Shown here one piece after another: positions 25,039-37,180 of a DNA stretch of 64,000 bases. The stretch comes from Octopus sinensis (Eukaryota): assembly GCF_006345805.1 (NCBI RefSeq), contig NC_043002.1, forward strand, positions 4,154,001 to 4,218,000. The letters are read 5' to 3'. Below the pieces are notes generated by a model. That model made no database searches and was not told where the DNA came from. It saw only the letters and a list, made by a program, of their open reading frames with translations. Position 1 is the first letter of the stretch. Each line of letters opens with the position of its first letter. Position numbers and translations under genes: made by a program.

Positions 25039-25835
25039 CTAGCAGAATTGCTTGAAAGTACTGTTAATGATTGCACTGAATTATGATGATTATTCAGGCA
25101 AATATTGATATAAGTTTACGGCGGGAGATAAGGACTTAACGATCAAACGTGTGCCATAGGATTCTTTTGGGGGAACCAAATTTCTGATGAGCATTATAGG
25201 GTCACCAACTTTAAGTTTGAGAAAGTGCGCTCAAAGGAATTGAGTACCTCTATTGGATAGTTGATGACGTCCTCTGGGTCAGGAGTTGTATCGATAGACT
25301 GATATACATAGACTTCCCCAGGAATGAGTTTTAGCATTTCATCATTAATATGGTGAACAGTTTTATTCCTCAGGGCCAGTATAGCCTTTTTGCCAATCCA
25401 ATCCATATTCTGATAATTAGCTTGTAGATCTGGGAACACTGCATCTCTGAGATCAGAAGGCGTCTTAACAATGGTACAAATGGAATCGAAGGCAATATTA
25501 CCATTTTCATCCCCTGGTATCTTGCCTTAGCCAAGTGCAAGGAGGGTGTGAGGAAATGCTGCTGATGTGATATTACGTCGCATATGAGCATGCATATTGG
25601 TGGGAAGTTTGAGAGTTACTTCCCTTTATTAAAAAAATATGCATTAAAATGGGGGAAAAAATGATGGTAAATTATTTGTAAAATCATAGACGCGCGCTAA
25701 TACCCAGAAGGGCTCGACATGAATCATGACTATAAGATACCCGCTTTTGGTTAAACTGCATCGCAAAATGTGGGAGTAGTTAGGAATCTAAATCGGAGTA
25801 GACAGACACACAACCTTTCTTTTATATATAAATAT
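25039..25835 (-). mobile_element. Internally deleted Helitron retaining a PIF1 helicase fragment
   Basis: 5' ~250 bp homologous to 3504-3760; KAILALRNKTVHHINDEMLKLIPGE.YVYQSID...YPIEVLNS is a Helitron helicase motif; CTAG|T end. Confidence 0.8.
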
Positions 25836-26615
25836 TTTAGTCCTAAAAAACTTTGTATGGATTGAATGGTTACCTCTATGGAAATATATACACGCACATT
25901 AGACATACATGTGTGTATAGATGAATATATAAATACATTTAAATATCTATATACACTTTTGGGCGATCTTTCTGTTTCTTAGAGATAACTTTATCCCGTC
26001 CGATTCGCTCCAAAATTTACAGGGACATGTAGAATGAGGTGACGATGCTCGTGGGCTACCTTAGAAATCCCTATCTTAAAAGGTGTGGTTGCTAGGGGCC
26101 ATCTTCCTCACTCACCCTATTTCCTCCAGTACCCTGTCACTCCTCTTCATTTGACAGGCCACTACGGTTATTTAATGTAAAGTCTTCCTCAAATCACTCT
26201 CTCGCCATTTACTCTCTTCCAAGAACATTTTCACTCACTCTTATCTCATAACTTCCCATAAATTTTACTCATGTATCTATCAGCGTCATAGACAGAAACA
26301 AATATTACATCGCCATCGCATTCTATTGTCTACCTGTCAACACACACACAGTGAATTACTTTCACTTTATTCGTTGCACACTGTGTGTGTGCGTGTGCTG
26401 CATCCCACACTAAGAAAGGCATTTGACTCATACACCACAATGTGAGTTTTCTCTAAATTTTGCTTAATTGGGGTTGAAATTTTAAAAAGTGGACCTGGCA
26501 AGACCCGATGTATTCTACTCTTAAAAATGCTAGGTAAATTGTAATTGAAGAAATCCTATATTGTAGATTTCTACAAGAGACAAAGGGAGGCAGATAAAAT
26601 CTGCCTTTTATAATA

Positions 26616-26687
<72 letters not shown>

Positions 26688-26754
26688 AAAAGAGGCAAAA
26701 CAAGAATTTATACAATGATAAATCTTTAATGGAGAAAAAAATGATAGATGATCA

Positions 26755-26825
26755 TTAGTCAAAGAGACCAAAGCCCATGTCATCATCTGATTCTTCTGAC
26801 TCCTCTTTCTTCTCTTCTTTCTTTT
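26755..26825 (-). CDS. RPLP2: 60S acidic ribosomal protein P2, last coding exon
   Basis: (E)KKEEKKEESEESDDDMGFGLFD*; TTACAG acceptor; ATTAAA poly(A) signal at 26725-26730. Confidence 0.97.
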
Positions 26826-26962
26826 CTGTAATGGAGAATTAAAGGAAAAAATATAAATATTAGAAAAATACAGAAGGAAATTAAAAAGTAAAAAGAAAAA
26901 AAAATGTTTTTAAAGTGGAATAGAGGAAAGAGAAATGAAGAGGGAATGTTTTAGTCTCTCAC

Positions 26963-27058
26963 CTTCAGCTTTCTCTGCAGGTGCTGCACTAGAGGCAGCG
27001 GGTGCAGCAGAAACAGCAGCACCACCTCCACTTGGGACAGATGCAAGCTTCAGTTGAC
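26963..27058 (-). CDS. RPLP2: 60S acidic ribosomal protein P2, middle coding exon (96 nt)
   Basis: QLKLASVPSGGGAAVSAAPAASSAAPAEKAE; TTTCACAG acceptor, GTGAG donor; phase 1 on both sides. Confidence 0.97.
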
Positions 27059-27651
27059 CTGTGAAAGAAGAGAAAAAGAAACCCCAATCAAATCCAGACA
27101 CAATCTTTCTAAGGAACTGCAGTCAAGAAATAGAATCAACAAAACACCAGCATACTACATCACTGCAACAAATTCTGTAGGCTCTTTTAGTGGAAGGGCA
27201 CAACCTGCACATCCATCATAACTGTCATCTCTCTTTGAGTAAAGACCCTCCCCTCCTAAACCGGCCTTCATCAAACTGACCTTTGTGCAAGCCAACTCCA
27301 GTTTGTTACACGTTTAATACCTTATCCTCCAAGCAGCTCAAGCAACTCGAAGGCAGGTCAAGTTTTACGGCCAACTTTTGTTTGCACACACAAGTAATGT
27401 TGACTCATCCACCCCCAATTGAAAGAAGAAACAGAAAGAAAAGTCATAATCATTTAATGTCTGTTTTTTTATGCTGCCATGGGTTGGGACAGTTTGACAG
27501 GATCTGGCCGGCCAGAGAACTGTCGTCACAGGGCAACACAATTCTCTATGCGACACTTAACGACCATCTTTTTACAGTGTGTATCGGGTGCTTTTCTTTG
27601 CGCCAACACAAGTTACCAAGTGACTTGCAAGACAAAACGAAAGGAGGGCCA

Positions 27652-27827
27652 ATCATCATCATCGTTTAGCGTCCGTTTTCCGTGCTAGGATGGGTTGGAC
27701 GGTTCAACTGGGGTCTGGGAAGCCAGAAGGTTGCACCAGGCCCAGTTTGATCTGGTAATGTTTCTACGGCTGGATGCCCTTCCTAACGCCAACCACTCCA
27801 TGAGTGTAGTGGGTGCTTTTTACGTGC
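27652..27827 (-). repeat. RTE LINE 3' end in an RPLP2 intron
   Basis: Same family as the 8529-9790 copies. Confidence 0.8.
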
Positions 27828-27867
27828 AAATATCAACAACAAATAAACGTGGCAGTGCCAAAATTAC

Positions 27868-28039
27868 CTTCTTTAATGAGAGTGGCTGGGTCTTTGTCCT
27901 TAAGCTGTGAGATGACTTTCTTCATTTTACTGGCTTCGGCCTCAATACCAACGCTGCCTAAAATCTTCTCCAAATCAGCTTCAGTTGGTTGTTTCACACC
28001 CCCAAGGGTGGCAAGGAGATAAGCGGCCACGTAACGCAT
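27868..28039 (-). CDS. RPLP2: 60S acidic ribosomal protein P2, first coding exon (172 nt)
   Basis: MRYVAAYLLATLGG...KILGSVGIEA...; acceptor TTGCAG 1 nt before ATG, so a non-coding exon lies upstream; GTAATT donor; spliced CDS 339 nt = 112 aa + stop. Confidence 0.97.
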
Positions 28040-28384
28040 TCTGCAATGAGATAAAAGAAAATGCACACCTGTCAATAAGGCAAATTTATGTTACACTCAC
28101 TCATCTGACGACTGCATCTCATAATCTGAGACCCAGTTTTCAACACACTAAATACTAATTTGCTGTTACATTCACCTTAACAGAACTTCTCTAATAAAAA
28201 AATTATAAGGCAGCAAAAATATAATATAAATTGAAGTGAATCTCAGATTGAAAAATAAAAATGCATTTTAGGTTTCTTATTGTGTAACGTAAAAAATGAA
28301 ATTAAGAGGCTTTTGGGACAATTATTTACTAATTGAAGAGTTTATTTTTGTACACAGTTAAATCTCCACATTACTTGCCATAGA

Positions 28385-28695
28385 AGTACATCAGACGGTG
28401 GTAATGTAGCAATTAAGGTGGTAAGCTGGCAGAAACATTAGCACGCTGGGCGAAATGCTTAGCGGTATTTCGTCTGCCGTTACATTGTAAGTTCAAATTC
28501 TGCCGAGGTTGACTTTGTCTTTCATCCTTTTGGGGTCGATAAATTAAGTACCAGTTACACACTGGGGTCGATGTAATCGACTTAATACCTATGTCTGTCC
28601 TTGTTTGTCCACTCTGTGTTTAGCCCCTAGTGGGTAATAAAGAAATATAGAAAATTAATCAGGCTTTCAGAGCATCAAAAAGTCATCATCTGTTG
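28385..28695 (-). pseudogene. Box C/D snoRNA paralogue split by a SINE
   Basis: ATGATGA (28683-28689), D' CTGA, then SINE 28417-28646, then GCTACATTACCACCGT-CTGA, matching the D guide of the array copies. Confidence 0.65.
28417..28646 (+). mobile_element. tRNA-derived SINE (S3)
   Basis: Similar to 15505-15736. Confidence 0.85.
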
Positions 28696-29078
28696 AATGG
28701 CCGTAGTGGAGACTGCTGAAGTAAACAAATAGAAATTTGAGCACTTTTCTGTACTTAATGGTAACTACATTTTCTTAACTTACTTCTAAAAAGATTAACC
28801 TTACCTCTCAATCTCAACTGCTGATGTAAATTGTATGTTGTAGCATGCAAGTGAAAGCCAACATTGTGACCTTTCAATGACAATCACAAAACAGCCCAAA
28901 AATGCAAAGTTCTCTTACATAATTCCTGAGTGACAATAATGGATTTTTCATAGAAAAAGCTGATTGGCATATATTGTCTGGAGCCTAAATTGATACCAGA
29001 ATGAAGGAGTAGTTCAGAGCATGCAAGACTATTCACTCAATGTGGCACCACCAAGAAAGCCAAAGTCTGGAATATACA

Positions 29079-29208
29079 CATTGTCCGGTGTCTTAACGGG
29101 CACCTGACTGAATTAGCACAGTTGGTGTACGCAGGATCACCGAGTTAATGTAGCACTTTTAATCAGTAACTCACAATCTATGAAGAGTGAAAGTGGTCGA
29201 GGAAGTGC
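29079..29208 (-). ncRNA. Box H/ACA snoRNA candidate, copy 1
   Basis: 130 nt: hairpin GCACTT/AAGTGC, H box ACATTA, hairpin TCGGTG/CACCGG, ACA three nt from the 3' end. Confidence 0.85.
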
Positions 29209-29867
29209 AAATTTCAATTTGCATTACGAAGAATAACTTCCATTTTTTAAATATGTACATTTGTTTAGAACCATTTAATGAATATAGCATCTTCAAACAT
29301 GCTCACAATTTACAAGTACCGAGATTGCTGAGAAGTACCTTGTGAAGACATAGATCTATAGCTTTCCTCTGCTTTAAAGGAAAACATCCCAATTTACAAT
29401 CATGTTTGTCCTGAATTCAAAATGTAAGACAGATTTCAAACTCACAGGTAAAATACATGTCTTATATAGTTTAACAAAGAAATTCAAAATAACCTATTAA
29501 TCTTGGTAGAAACATGTCCTGCTTGCTCTGGTTTATTTAGCCATGTCTTTGAGGATAACACAAAAACGTTTACTTGTAACACCTGCAAAAACCCGACTCT
29601 TTGCAATACAGCATCTATACAAAAAAACTTTAAGAACAATGACTACAATTCCTTAACTATACTTTAAAACACTAAAGCTGTTGAAGGAACTCCCAACTTT
29701 CACACTTCTAAATGCTGATTTGCCAGGAATCTAAGAGCATCACTGTACAGTATTACTACCAACCAAAACCTCCCCTCTAGAGCATAAATTGGAAAAGAGA
29801 GAGAGGAAGCGAATACAATCAGTCGCCTTTCTAAATGATTTGTAAAGATGTTTCACAGGTGCCATAG

Positions 29868-29947
29868 CAGTATATCAGACGGTGGTAAAGTAGCATAAAA
29901 TCTTAATCATACAATCAGAAAATATTCGAAAGTCATCATCTATACTG
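29868..29947 (-). ncRNA. Box C/D snoRNA candidate, copy 1
   Basis: 80 nt: terminal stem CAGTATA/TATACTG, C ATGATGA, D' CTGA, C' ATGATTA, D CTGA. Confidence 0.88.
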
Positions 29948-31027
29948 TCTAGAAATGGCAGCTATGGAAACCCTAACCCATATGCCACACCTTCAGTTAT
30001 AAATAATTTCCATGTCTTAGCTTCCATTAGAACCCCAGATTTCAGCAACTGCTCCACAGTCCGTGTTAATTTAAAATCATAAAGACATATAATGTGCTGA
30101 ACATTATCCTAAATACTACTTCCCTCGCCTGAAAATAAATATAAAACTAGTCCAGACACAAACTATAATTCCAACGGCAACAATGACAAGACCCCTATTA
30201 CAGGGGGCAAATATCACTTGAGCAAAACTGGGCTTTCAGTTTTGCATGTTGGGCCTAATGTAACTTGCACACTGCTGCCCAGTGGGACTGAACTCAAACC
30301 AGCATGTCTCAAGTGAACATTTTTTTCATAAGGCCACACTTACTTGACAAACATTAACGTTGTATAAAAAAAAAGAAAGAAAAAAAGGTTTGAAGCCTAT
30401 ACGGTCACCTAAAAGAGAAAACTGGAAGTCCACTGGCTTCGACATGGTCTCTGGATGAGACTCTCTTTCAAGATCCCAGATGCCCCATTAGTCTACAATT
30501 CTACATAAACAAGATGCGCAATAAAATCACTATAGTAGTGATGTGCTTACTCCAGTAACCGAGACAATTGGTTAGAGAGAAGAGGGCAACTTGTTTAGAA
30601 ATAGCAGCCAAATTCCCTACAAACTCACATTAAAAATTCAGAAACGACCACTGAAACCTCTTTGATTACATTTGTTACAAAGAATGGCAAGTCTGTACTG
30701 CTAGTTTATTTCGAGAATTCCATGTGAAATGCAGTACAGACGAGTTCTCGGACTTTCGATACACATTTACATAAGAGGTTACAAACGGGGCAGCGCCTTA
30801 AGTCGTAATTCAGTGAAATCATACTGTGGACAGTGTTGTGGATGGCCCTGTATCCTTCAATGGCAAGCCCTGCATTTGATCTTGATCTCACTACCTAGGC
30901 TTTTAAAAGGTAATGACTTTAAATGGCCATAACTGTTAGACTTTCGAATTAGCTAAATTCATATCATTTCATACTGACATCAAAACAGGATCAGAACTCC
31001 TGCGTAGAAGCAGACTTAAATTATACA

Positions 31028-31157
31028 CATTGTCCGGTGTCTTAACGGGCACCTGACTGAATTAGGACAGTTGGTGTACGCAGGATCACAGAGTTAATGT
31101 AGCACTTTTAATTAGTAACTCACAATCTATGAAGAGTGAAAGTGGTCGAGGAAGTGC
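31028..31157 (-). ncRNA. Box H/ACA snoRNA candidate, copy 2
   Basis: Same boxes; one mismatch in the 3' lower stem and a G>A change in the 5' pocket. Confidence 0.75.
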
Positions 31158-31809
31158 AAATTTCAATTTGCATTACGAAGAATAACTTCCATTTTTTAAA
31201 TATGTACATTTGTTTAGAACCATTTAATGAAAATAGCATCTTCAAACATGCTCACAATTTACAAGTACCGAGATTGCTGAGAAGTACCTTGTGAAGACAC
31301 AGATCTATAGCTTTCCTCTGCTTTAAAGGAAAACATCCCAATTTACAATCATGTTTGTCCTGAATTCAAAATGTAAGACAGATTTCACAAACTCACAGGT
31401 AAAATACATGTCTTATATAGTTTAACAAAGAAATTCAAAATAACCTATTAATATTGGTAGAAACATGTCCTTCTTGCTCTGGTTTTATCTAGCCATGTCT
31501 TTGAGGATAACACAAGAAGGTTTACTCGTAACACCTGCAAAAACCCGACTCTTTGCAATACAGCATCTATACAAAAAAACTTTAAGAACAATGACTACAA
31601 TTCCTTAACTATACTTTGAAACACTAAAGCTGTTCAATGAACTCCCAACCTTCACACTTCTAAATGCTGATTTGCCAGGAATTTAAGAGCATCACTGTAC
31701 AGTATTACTACCAACCACAAACTTCCCTCTAGAGCATAAAGAGAGAGAAAGCGAATATAATCAGTCGCCTTTCTAAATGATTTGTAAAGATGTTTCACAG
31801 GTGCCATAG

Positions 31810-31889
31810 CAGTATATCAGACGGTGGTAAAGTAGCATAAAATCTTAATCATACAATCAGAAAATATTCGAAAGTCATCATCTATACTG
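31810..31889 (-). ncRNA. Box C/D snoRNA candidate, copy 2
   Basis: Appears identical to copy 1. Confidence 0.88.
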
Positions 31890-33380
31890 TCTAGAAATGG
31901 CAGCTATGGAAACCCTAACCCATATGCCACACCTTCAGTTATAAATAATTTCCATGCCTTAGCTTCCATTAAAACCCCAAATTCCAGCAACAGCGCTACA
32001 CTTGTTTATAAATCATAAAGACATATAACGTGCTGAACATTATCCTAAATACTATTTCCCACGCCTGAAAATAAATATAAAACTAGTCCAGACACAAACT
32101 ATAATTCCAAAGGCAGCAATGACAAGACCCCTATTACAGGGGGCAAATATCACTTGAACAAAACTGGGCTTTCAGTTTTGCATGTTGGGCTTAATGTAAC
32201 TTGCACACTGCTGTCCAGTGGGACTGAACTCAAACCAGCATGTCTCAAGTGAACATCTTTTTCATAAGACCACACTTACTTGACTAACATTAACCGGTTT
32301 AAAAAAAAAAAAAAAGATGGTTTGAAGCCTATACAGTCACCTAAACCACTGGCTTCGACATGGTCTGGGTTAGGGTATTCTCTAGTTGAGATTCTCTTTG
32401 AAGATCCCAGATGCCCCATTAGTCTACAATTCTACATAAACAAGATGCGTAATAAAATCACAATAGTAGTGATGTGCTTACTCCAGTAACAGAGACAATT
32501 GGTTAGAGAGAAGAGGGCAACTTGTTTAGAAATAGCAGCCAAATTCCCTACAAATCTCAGATTAAAAATGCAGAAACGACCACTGGAACTTCTTTAATTA
32601 CATTTCTGTTAGATTAGGGCTCATCTGAGGAAAAACTTCAAAAAGAAAGCAACATCCCATTAATTCCGAGAAATTTCAATTGCCCTAACACCGAAAAATG
32701 AGTCATACAAGGTTTATTCAAATATATTTTACAATAGTAACACAAAGACCGGGTTAGGACAAAATCTCATCAATATAATTAGTTCGGGTGCCCTTTCGCA
32801 GATGTCTATAAAATAAAAAGAATGGCAAGTCTGTACTGCTAGTTTATTTCAATAATTCCATATTAAAAACAACACAGACGAGTTCTCATGGACTTTCGAA
32901 ACACGAGATATTTTACTTCCCAAAACACATTTACATAAGAGGTAACAAACGGGGCAGCGCCTAAAGTCGTAATTCAGTGAAATCACACTGCAGACAGCGT
33001 TGTAGATGGCCCTGTATCCTTCAATGGCAAGCCCTGCATTTGATCACGATCTCACTACCTTAGGCTTCAAATATATTAAAAACAGTACAGACGAGTTCTC
33101 ATGGACTTTCGAAACACACTCACACAAGAGGTACCAAATGGGGCAGCGCCTAAACTCGTAATTCAGTGAAATCATACTGTGAACAGCGTTGTAGATGACC
33201 CTGTATCCTTCAATGGCAAACTCTGCATTTGATCTCGATCTCACTACCTAGGCTTTTAAAAGGTAATGATTTTAAATAGTCATAACTGTTAGACTTTCGA
33301 ATTAGCCAAATTCATATCATTCCATACGTACATCAAAACAGGATCAGAACTCCTGCGTAGAAGCAGACATAAATTATACA

Positions 33381-33510
33381 CATTGTCCGGTGTCTTAACG
33401 GGCACCTGACTGAATTAGGACAGTTGGTGTACGCAGGATCACAGAGTTAATGTAGCACTTTTAATTAGTAACTCACAATCTATGAAGAGTGAAAGTGGTC
33501 GAGGAAGTGC
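33381..33510 (-). ncRNA. Box H/ACA snoRNA candidate, copy 3
   Basis: Same variants as copy 2. Confidence 0.75.
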
Positions 33511-33579
33511 AAATTTTAACTTGCATTAAGAAGAATAACTTCATTTTTTAAATATGTACATTTGTTTAGAACCATTTAA

Positions 33580-33798
33580 CCCTTTAGTATTTAAACCGGC
33601 CATATCCGGCCAAAATAGTTAATCTGTTTTATGTTCAAACTGACCAGATCCAGGCTCTCACACCTACCCTACAATGTTATTCTACATTAAGTAATTACAC
33701 CATCAAGATCTTGAAGATATGAGATAATGCATGATTAATTCAAATCAATGGGAATCAATAAGCATTATGTTTGATAGAATAATCAGAACGCTAAAGGG
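33580..33798. mobile_element. piggyBac-type MITE inserted in one array unit
   Basis: TTAA|CCCTTTAG...CTAAAGGG|TTAA; the other units show the empty site CCATTTAATGAA. Confidence 0.9.
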
Positions 33799-34383
33799 TT
33801 AATGAAAATAGCATCTTCAAACATGCTCACAATTACAAGTACCGAGATTGCTGAGAAGTACCTTGTGAAGACATAGATCTATAGCTTTCTTCTGCTTTAA
33901 AGGAAAACAACCCAATTTACAATCATGTTTGTCCTGAATTCAAAATGTAAGACAGATTTCACAAATTCACAGGTAAAATACATGTCTTATATAGTTTAAC
34001 AAAGAAATTCAAAATAACCTATTAATATTGGTAGAAACATGTCCTTCTTGCTCTGGTTTTATCTAGCCATGTCTTTGAGGATAACACAAGAAGGTTTACT
34101 CGTAACACCTGCAAAAACCCGACTCTTTGCAATACAGCATCTATACAAAAAAACTTTAAGAACAATGACTACGATTCCTTAACTATACTTTGAAACACTA
34201 AAGCTGTTGAAGGAACTCCCAACTTTCACACTTCTAAATGCTGATTTGCCAGGAATCTAAGAGCATCACTGTACAGTATTACTACCAACCACAAACTTCC
34301 CTCTAGAGCATAAAGAGAGAGAAAGCGAATATAATCAGTCGCCTTTCTAAATGATTTGTAAAGATGTTTCACAGGTGCCATAG

Positions 34384-34463
34384 CAGTATATCAGACGGTG
34401 GTAAAGTAGCATAAAATCTTAATCATACAATCAGAAAATATTCGAAAGTCATCATCTATACTG
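34384..34463 (-). ncRNA. Box C/D snoRNA candidate, copy 3
   Basis: Appears identical to copy 1. Confidence 0.88.
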
Positions 34464-35433
34464 TCTAGAAATGGCAGCTATGGAAACCCTAACCCATATG
34501 CCACACCTTCAGTTATAAATAATTTTCATGTCTTAGCTTCCATTAGAACCCCAGATCTCAGCAACTGCTCCACAGTCCGTGTTAATTTAAAATCATAAAG
34601 ACATATAACATGCCGAACATTATCCTAAATACTATTTCCCTCGCCTGAAAATAAATATAAAACTAGCCCAGACACAAACTATAATTCCAACGGCAACAAT
34701 GACAAGACCCCTATTACAGAGGGCAAATATCACTTGAACAAAACTGGGCTTTTAACACTGCTGTCCAGTGGGACTGAACTCAAACCGGCATGTCTCAAGT
34801 GAACATTTTTTTCATAAGGCCACACTTACTTGACAAACATTAACTGGTGTAAAAGAAAAAAAAGATGGTTTGAAGCCTATACAGTCACCTAAACCACTGG
34901 CTTCGACATGGTCTGGGTTAGGGTATTCTCTAGTTGAGATTCTCTTTGAAGATCCCAGATGCCCCATTAGTCTACAATTCTACATAAACAAGATGCGCAA
35001 TAAAATCACAATAGTAGTGATGTGCTTATTCCAGTAACCGAGACAATTGGTTAGAGAGAAGAGGGCAACTTGTTTAGAAATAGCAGCCAAATCCCCTACA
35101 AATCTCACATTATTTCGAGAATTCCATATTAAAAACAGCAAAGACGAGTTCTCATGGACTTTCGAAACACACTCACATAAGAGGTACCAAATGGGGCAGC
35201 GCCTAAACTCGTAATTCAGTGAAATCATACTGTGGACAGCGTTGTGGATGGCCCTGTATCCTTCAATGGCAAACTCCGCATTTGATCTCGATCTCACTAC
35301 CTAGGCCTTTAAAAGGTAATGATTTTAAATGGTCATAACTGTTAGACTTTCGAATTAGCCAAATTCATATCATTCCATACGTACATCAAAACAGGATCAG
35401 AACTCCTGCGTAGAAGCAGACTTGAATTATCCA

Positions 35434-35563
35434 CATTGTCCTGTGTCTTAACGGGCACCACACTGAATTAGGACAGTTGGTGTACGCAGGATCACAGAGT
35501 TAATATAGCACTTTTAATCAGTAACTCACAATCTATGAAGAGTGAAAGTGGTCGAGGAAGTGC
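35434..35563 (-). ncRNA. Box H/ACA snoRNA candidate, copy 4
   Basis: H box ATATTA; lower stem TCTGTG/CACAGG is a compensatory double change relative to copy 1. Confidence 0.85.
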
Positions 35564-36173
35564 AAATTTTAACTTGCATTAAGAAGAATAACTTCATTTT
35601 TTAAATATGTACATTTGTTTAGAACCATTTAATGAAAATAGCATCTTCAAACATGCTCACAATTTACAAGTACCGAGATTGCTGAGAAGTACCTTGTGAA
35701 GACATAGATCTATAGCTTTCTTCTGCTTTAAAGGAAAACAACCCAATTTACAATCATGTTTGTCCTGAATTCAAAATGTAAGACAGATTTCACAAATTCA
35801 CAGGTAAAATACATGTCTTATATAGTTTAACAAAGAAATTCAAAATAACCTATTAATCTTGGTAGAAACATGTCCTGCTTGCTCTGGTTTATTTAGCCAT
35901 GTCTTTGAGGATAACACAAAAAGGTTTACTCGTCGACTACAATTCCATAACTATACTTTGAAACACTAAAGCTGTTGAAGGAACTCCCAACCTTCACACT
36001 TCTAAATGCTGATTTGCCAGGAATCTAAGAGCATCACTGTACAGTATTACTACCAACCACAGGTCCAACCCAAACCTCTCCTCTAGAGCATAAATTGGAA
36101 AAGAGAGAGAGGAAGCGAATACAATCAGTCGCCTTTCTAAATGATTTGTAAAGATGTTTCACAGGTGCCATAG

Positions 36174-36253
36174 CAGTACATCAGACGGTGGTAAAGTAGC
36201 ATAAAATCTTAATCATACAATCAGAAAATATTCGAAAGTCATCATCTATACTG
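36174..36253 (-). ncRNA. Box C/D snoRNA candidate, copy 4
   Basis: All boxes and the guide intact; one A>G change in the terminal stem. Confidence 0.88.
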
Positions 36254-37051
36254 TCTAGAAATGGCAGCTATGGAAACCCTAACCCATATGCCACACCTAC
36301 AGTTATAAATAATTTTCATGTCTTAGCTTCCATTAGAACCCCAGATCTCAGCAACTGCTCCACAGTCCGTGTTAATTTAAAATCATAAAGACATATAACA
36401 TGCCGAACATTATCCTAAATACTATTTCCCTCGCCTGAAAATAAATATAAAACTAGCCCAGACACAAACTATAATTCCAACGGCAACAATGACAAACCCC
36501 CTATTACAGGGGGCAAATATCACTTGAGCAAAACTGGGCGTTCAGTTTTGCATGTTGGGCCCAATGTAACTTGCACACTGCTGCCCAGTGGGACTGAACT
36601 CAAACCAGCATGTCTCAAGTGAACATTTTTTTCATAAGGCCACACTTACTTGACAAACATTAACGTTGTATAAAAAAAAAAAGAAAGAAAAAAAGGTTTG
36701 AAGCCTATACGGTCACCTAAAAGAGAAAACTGGAAGTCCACTGGCTTCGACATGGTCTCTGGATGAGATTCTCTTTCAAGATCCCAGATGCCCCATTAGT
36801 CTACAATTCTACATAAACAAGATGCGCAATAAAATCACTATAGTACAGATGTGCTTACTCCAGTAACCGAGACAATTGGTTAGAGAGAAGAGGGCAACTT
36901 GTTTAGAAATAGCAGCCAAATTCCCTACAAATCTCACATAAAAAAATTCAGAAACGACGACTTCAATGGCAAGCTCCGCATTTGATCTCGATCTCACCAC
37001 CTGGGCATTTAAAAGGTAATGATTTTAAATAGTCATAACTTAAATTATACA

Positions 37052-37180
37052 CATTGTCCGGTGTCTTAACGGGCACCTGACTGAATTAGGACAGTTGGTG
37101 TACGCAGGATCACCGAGTTAATATTGCACTTTAAAACAGTAACTCACAATCTATGAAGAGTGAAAGCAGTCGAGGAGTGC
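37052..37180 (-). ncRNA. Box H/ACA snoRNA candidate, copy 5 (divergent 5' hairpin)
   Basis: H box ATATTA, ACA box and 3' hairpin intact; several 5'-hairpin changes. Confidence 0.75.

Noticed and set aside
27130-27215. C/D-like boxes in RPLP2 intron (ATGATGG...GTGATG...TTGA)
   Set aside because: Non-canonical C and D boxes and no terminal stem.
28862-28990. Second H/ACA candidate ending GGTCACAATG
   Set aside because: Candidate H box is ~16 nt from the first hairpin and the second hairpin pairs poorly.
30706-37000. Recurrent MRSRSNA... ORFs in the 2-kb array
   Set aside because: Length and frame differ between units (61, 66, 105, 63 aa) because of indels, and no domain is recognisable; treated as non-coding.
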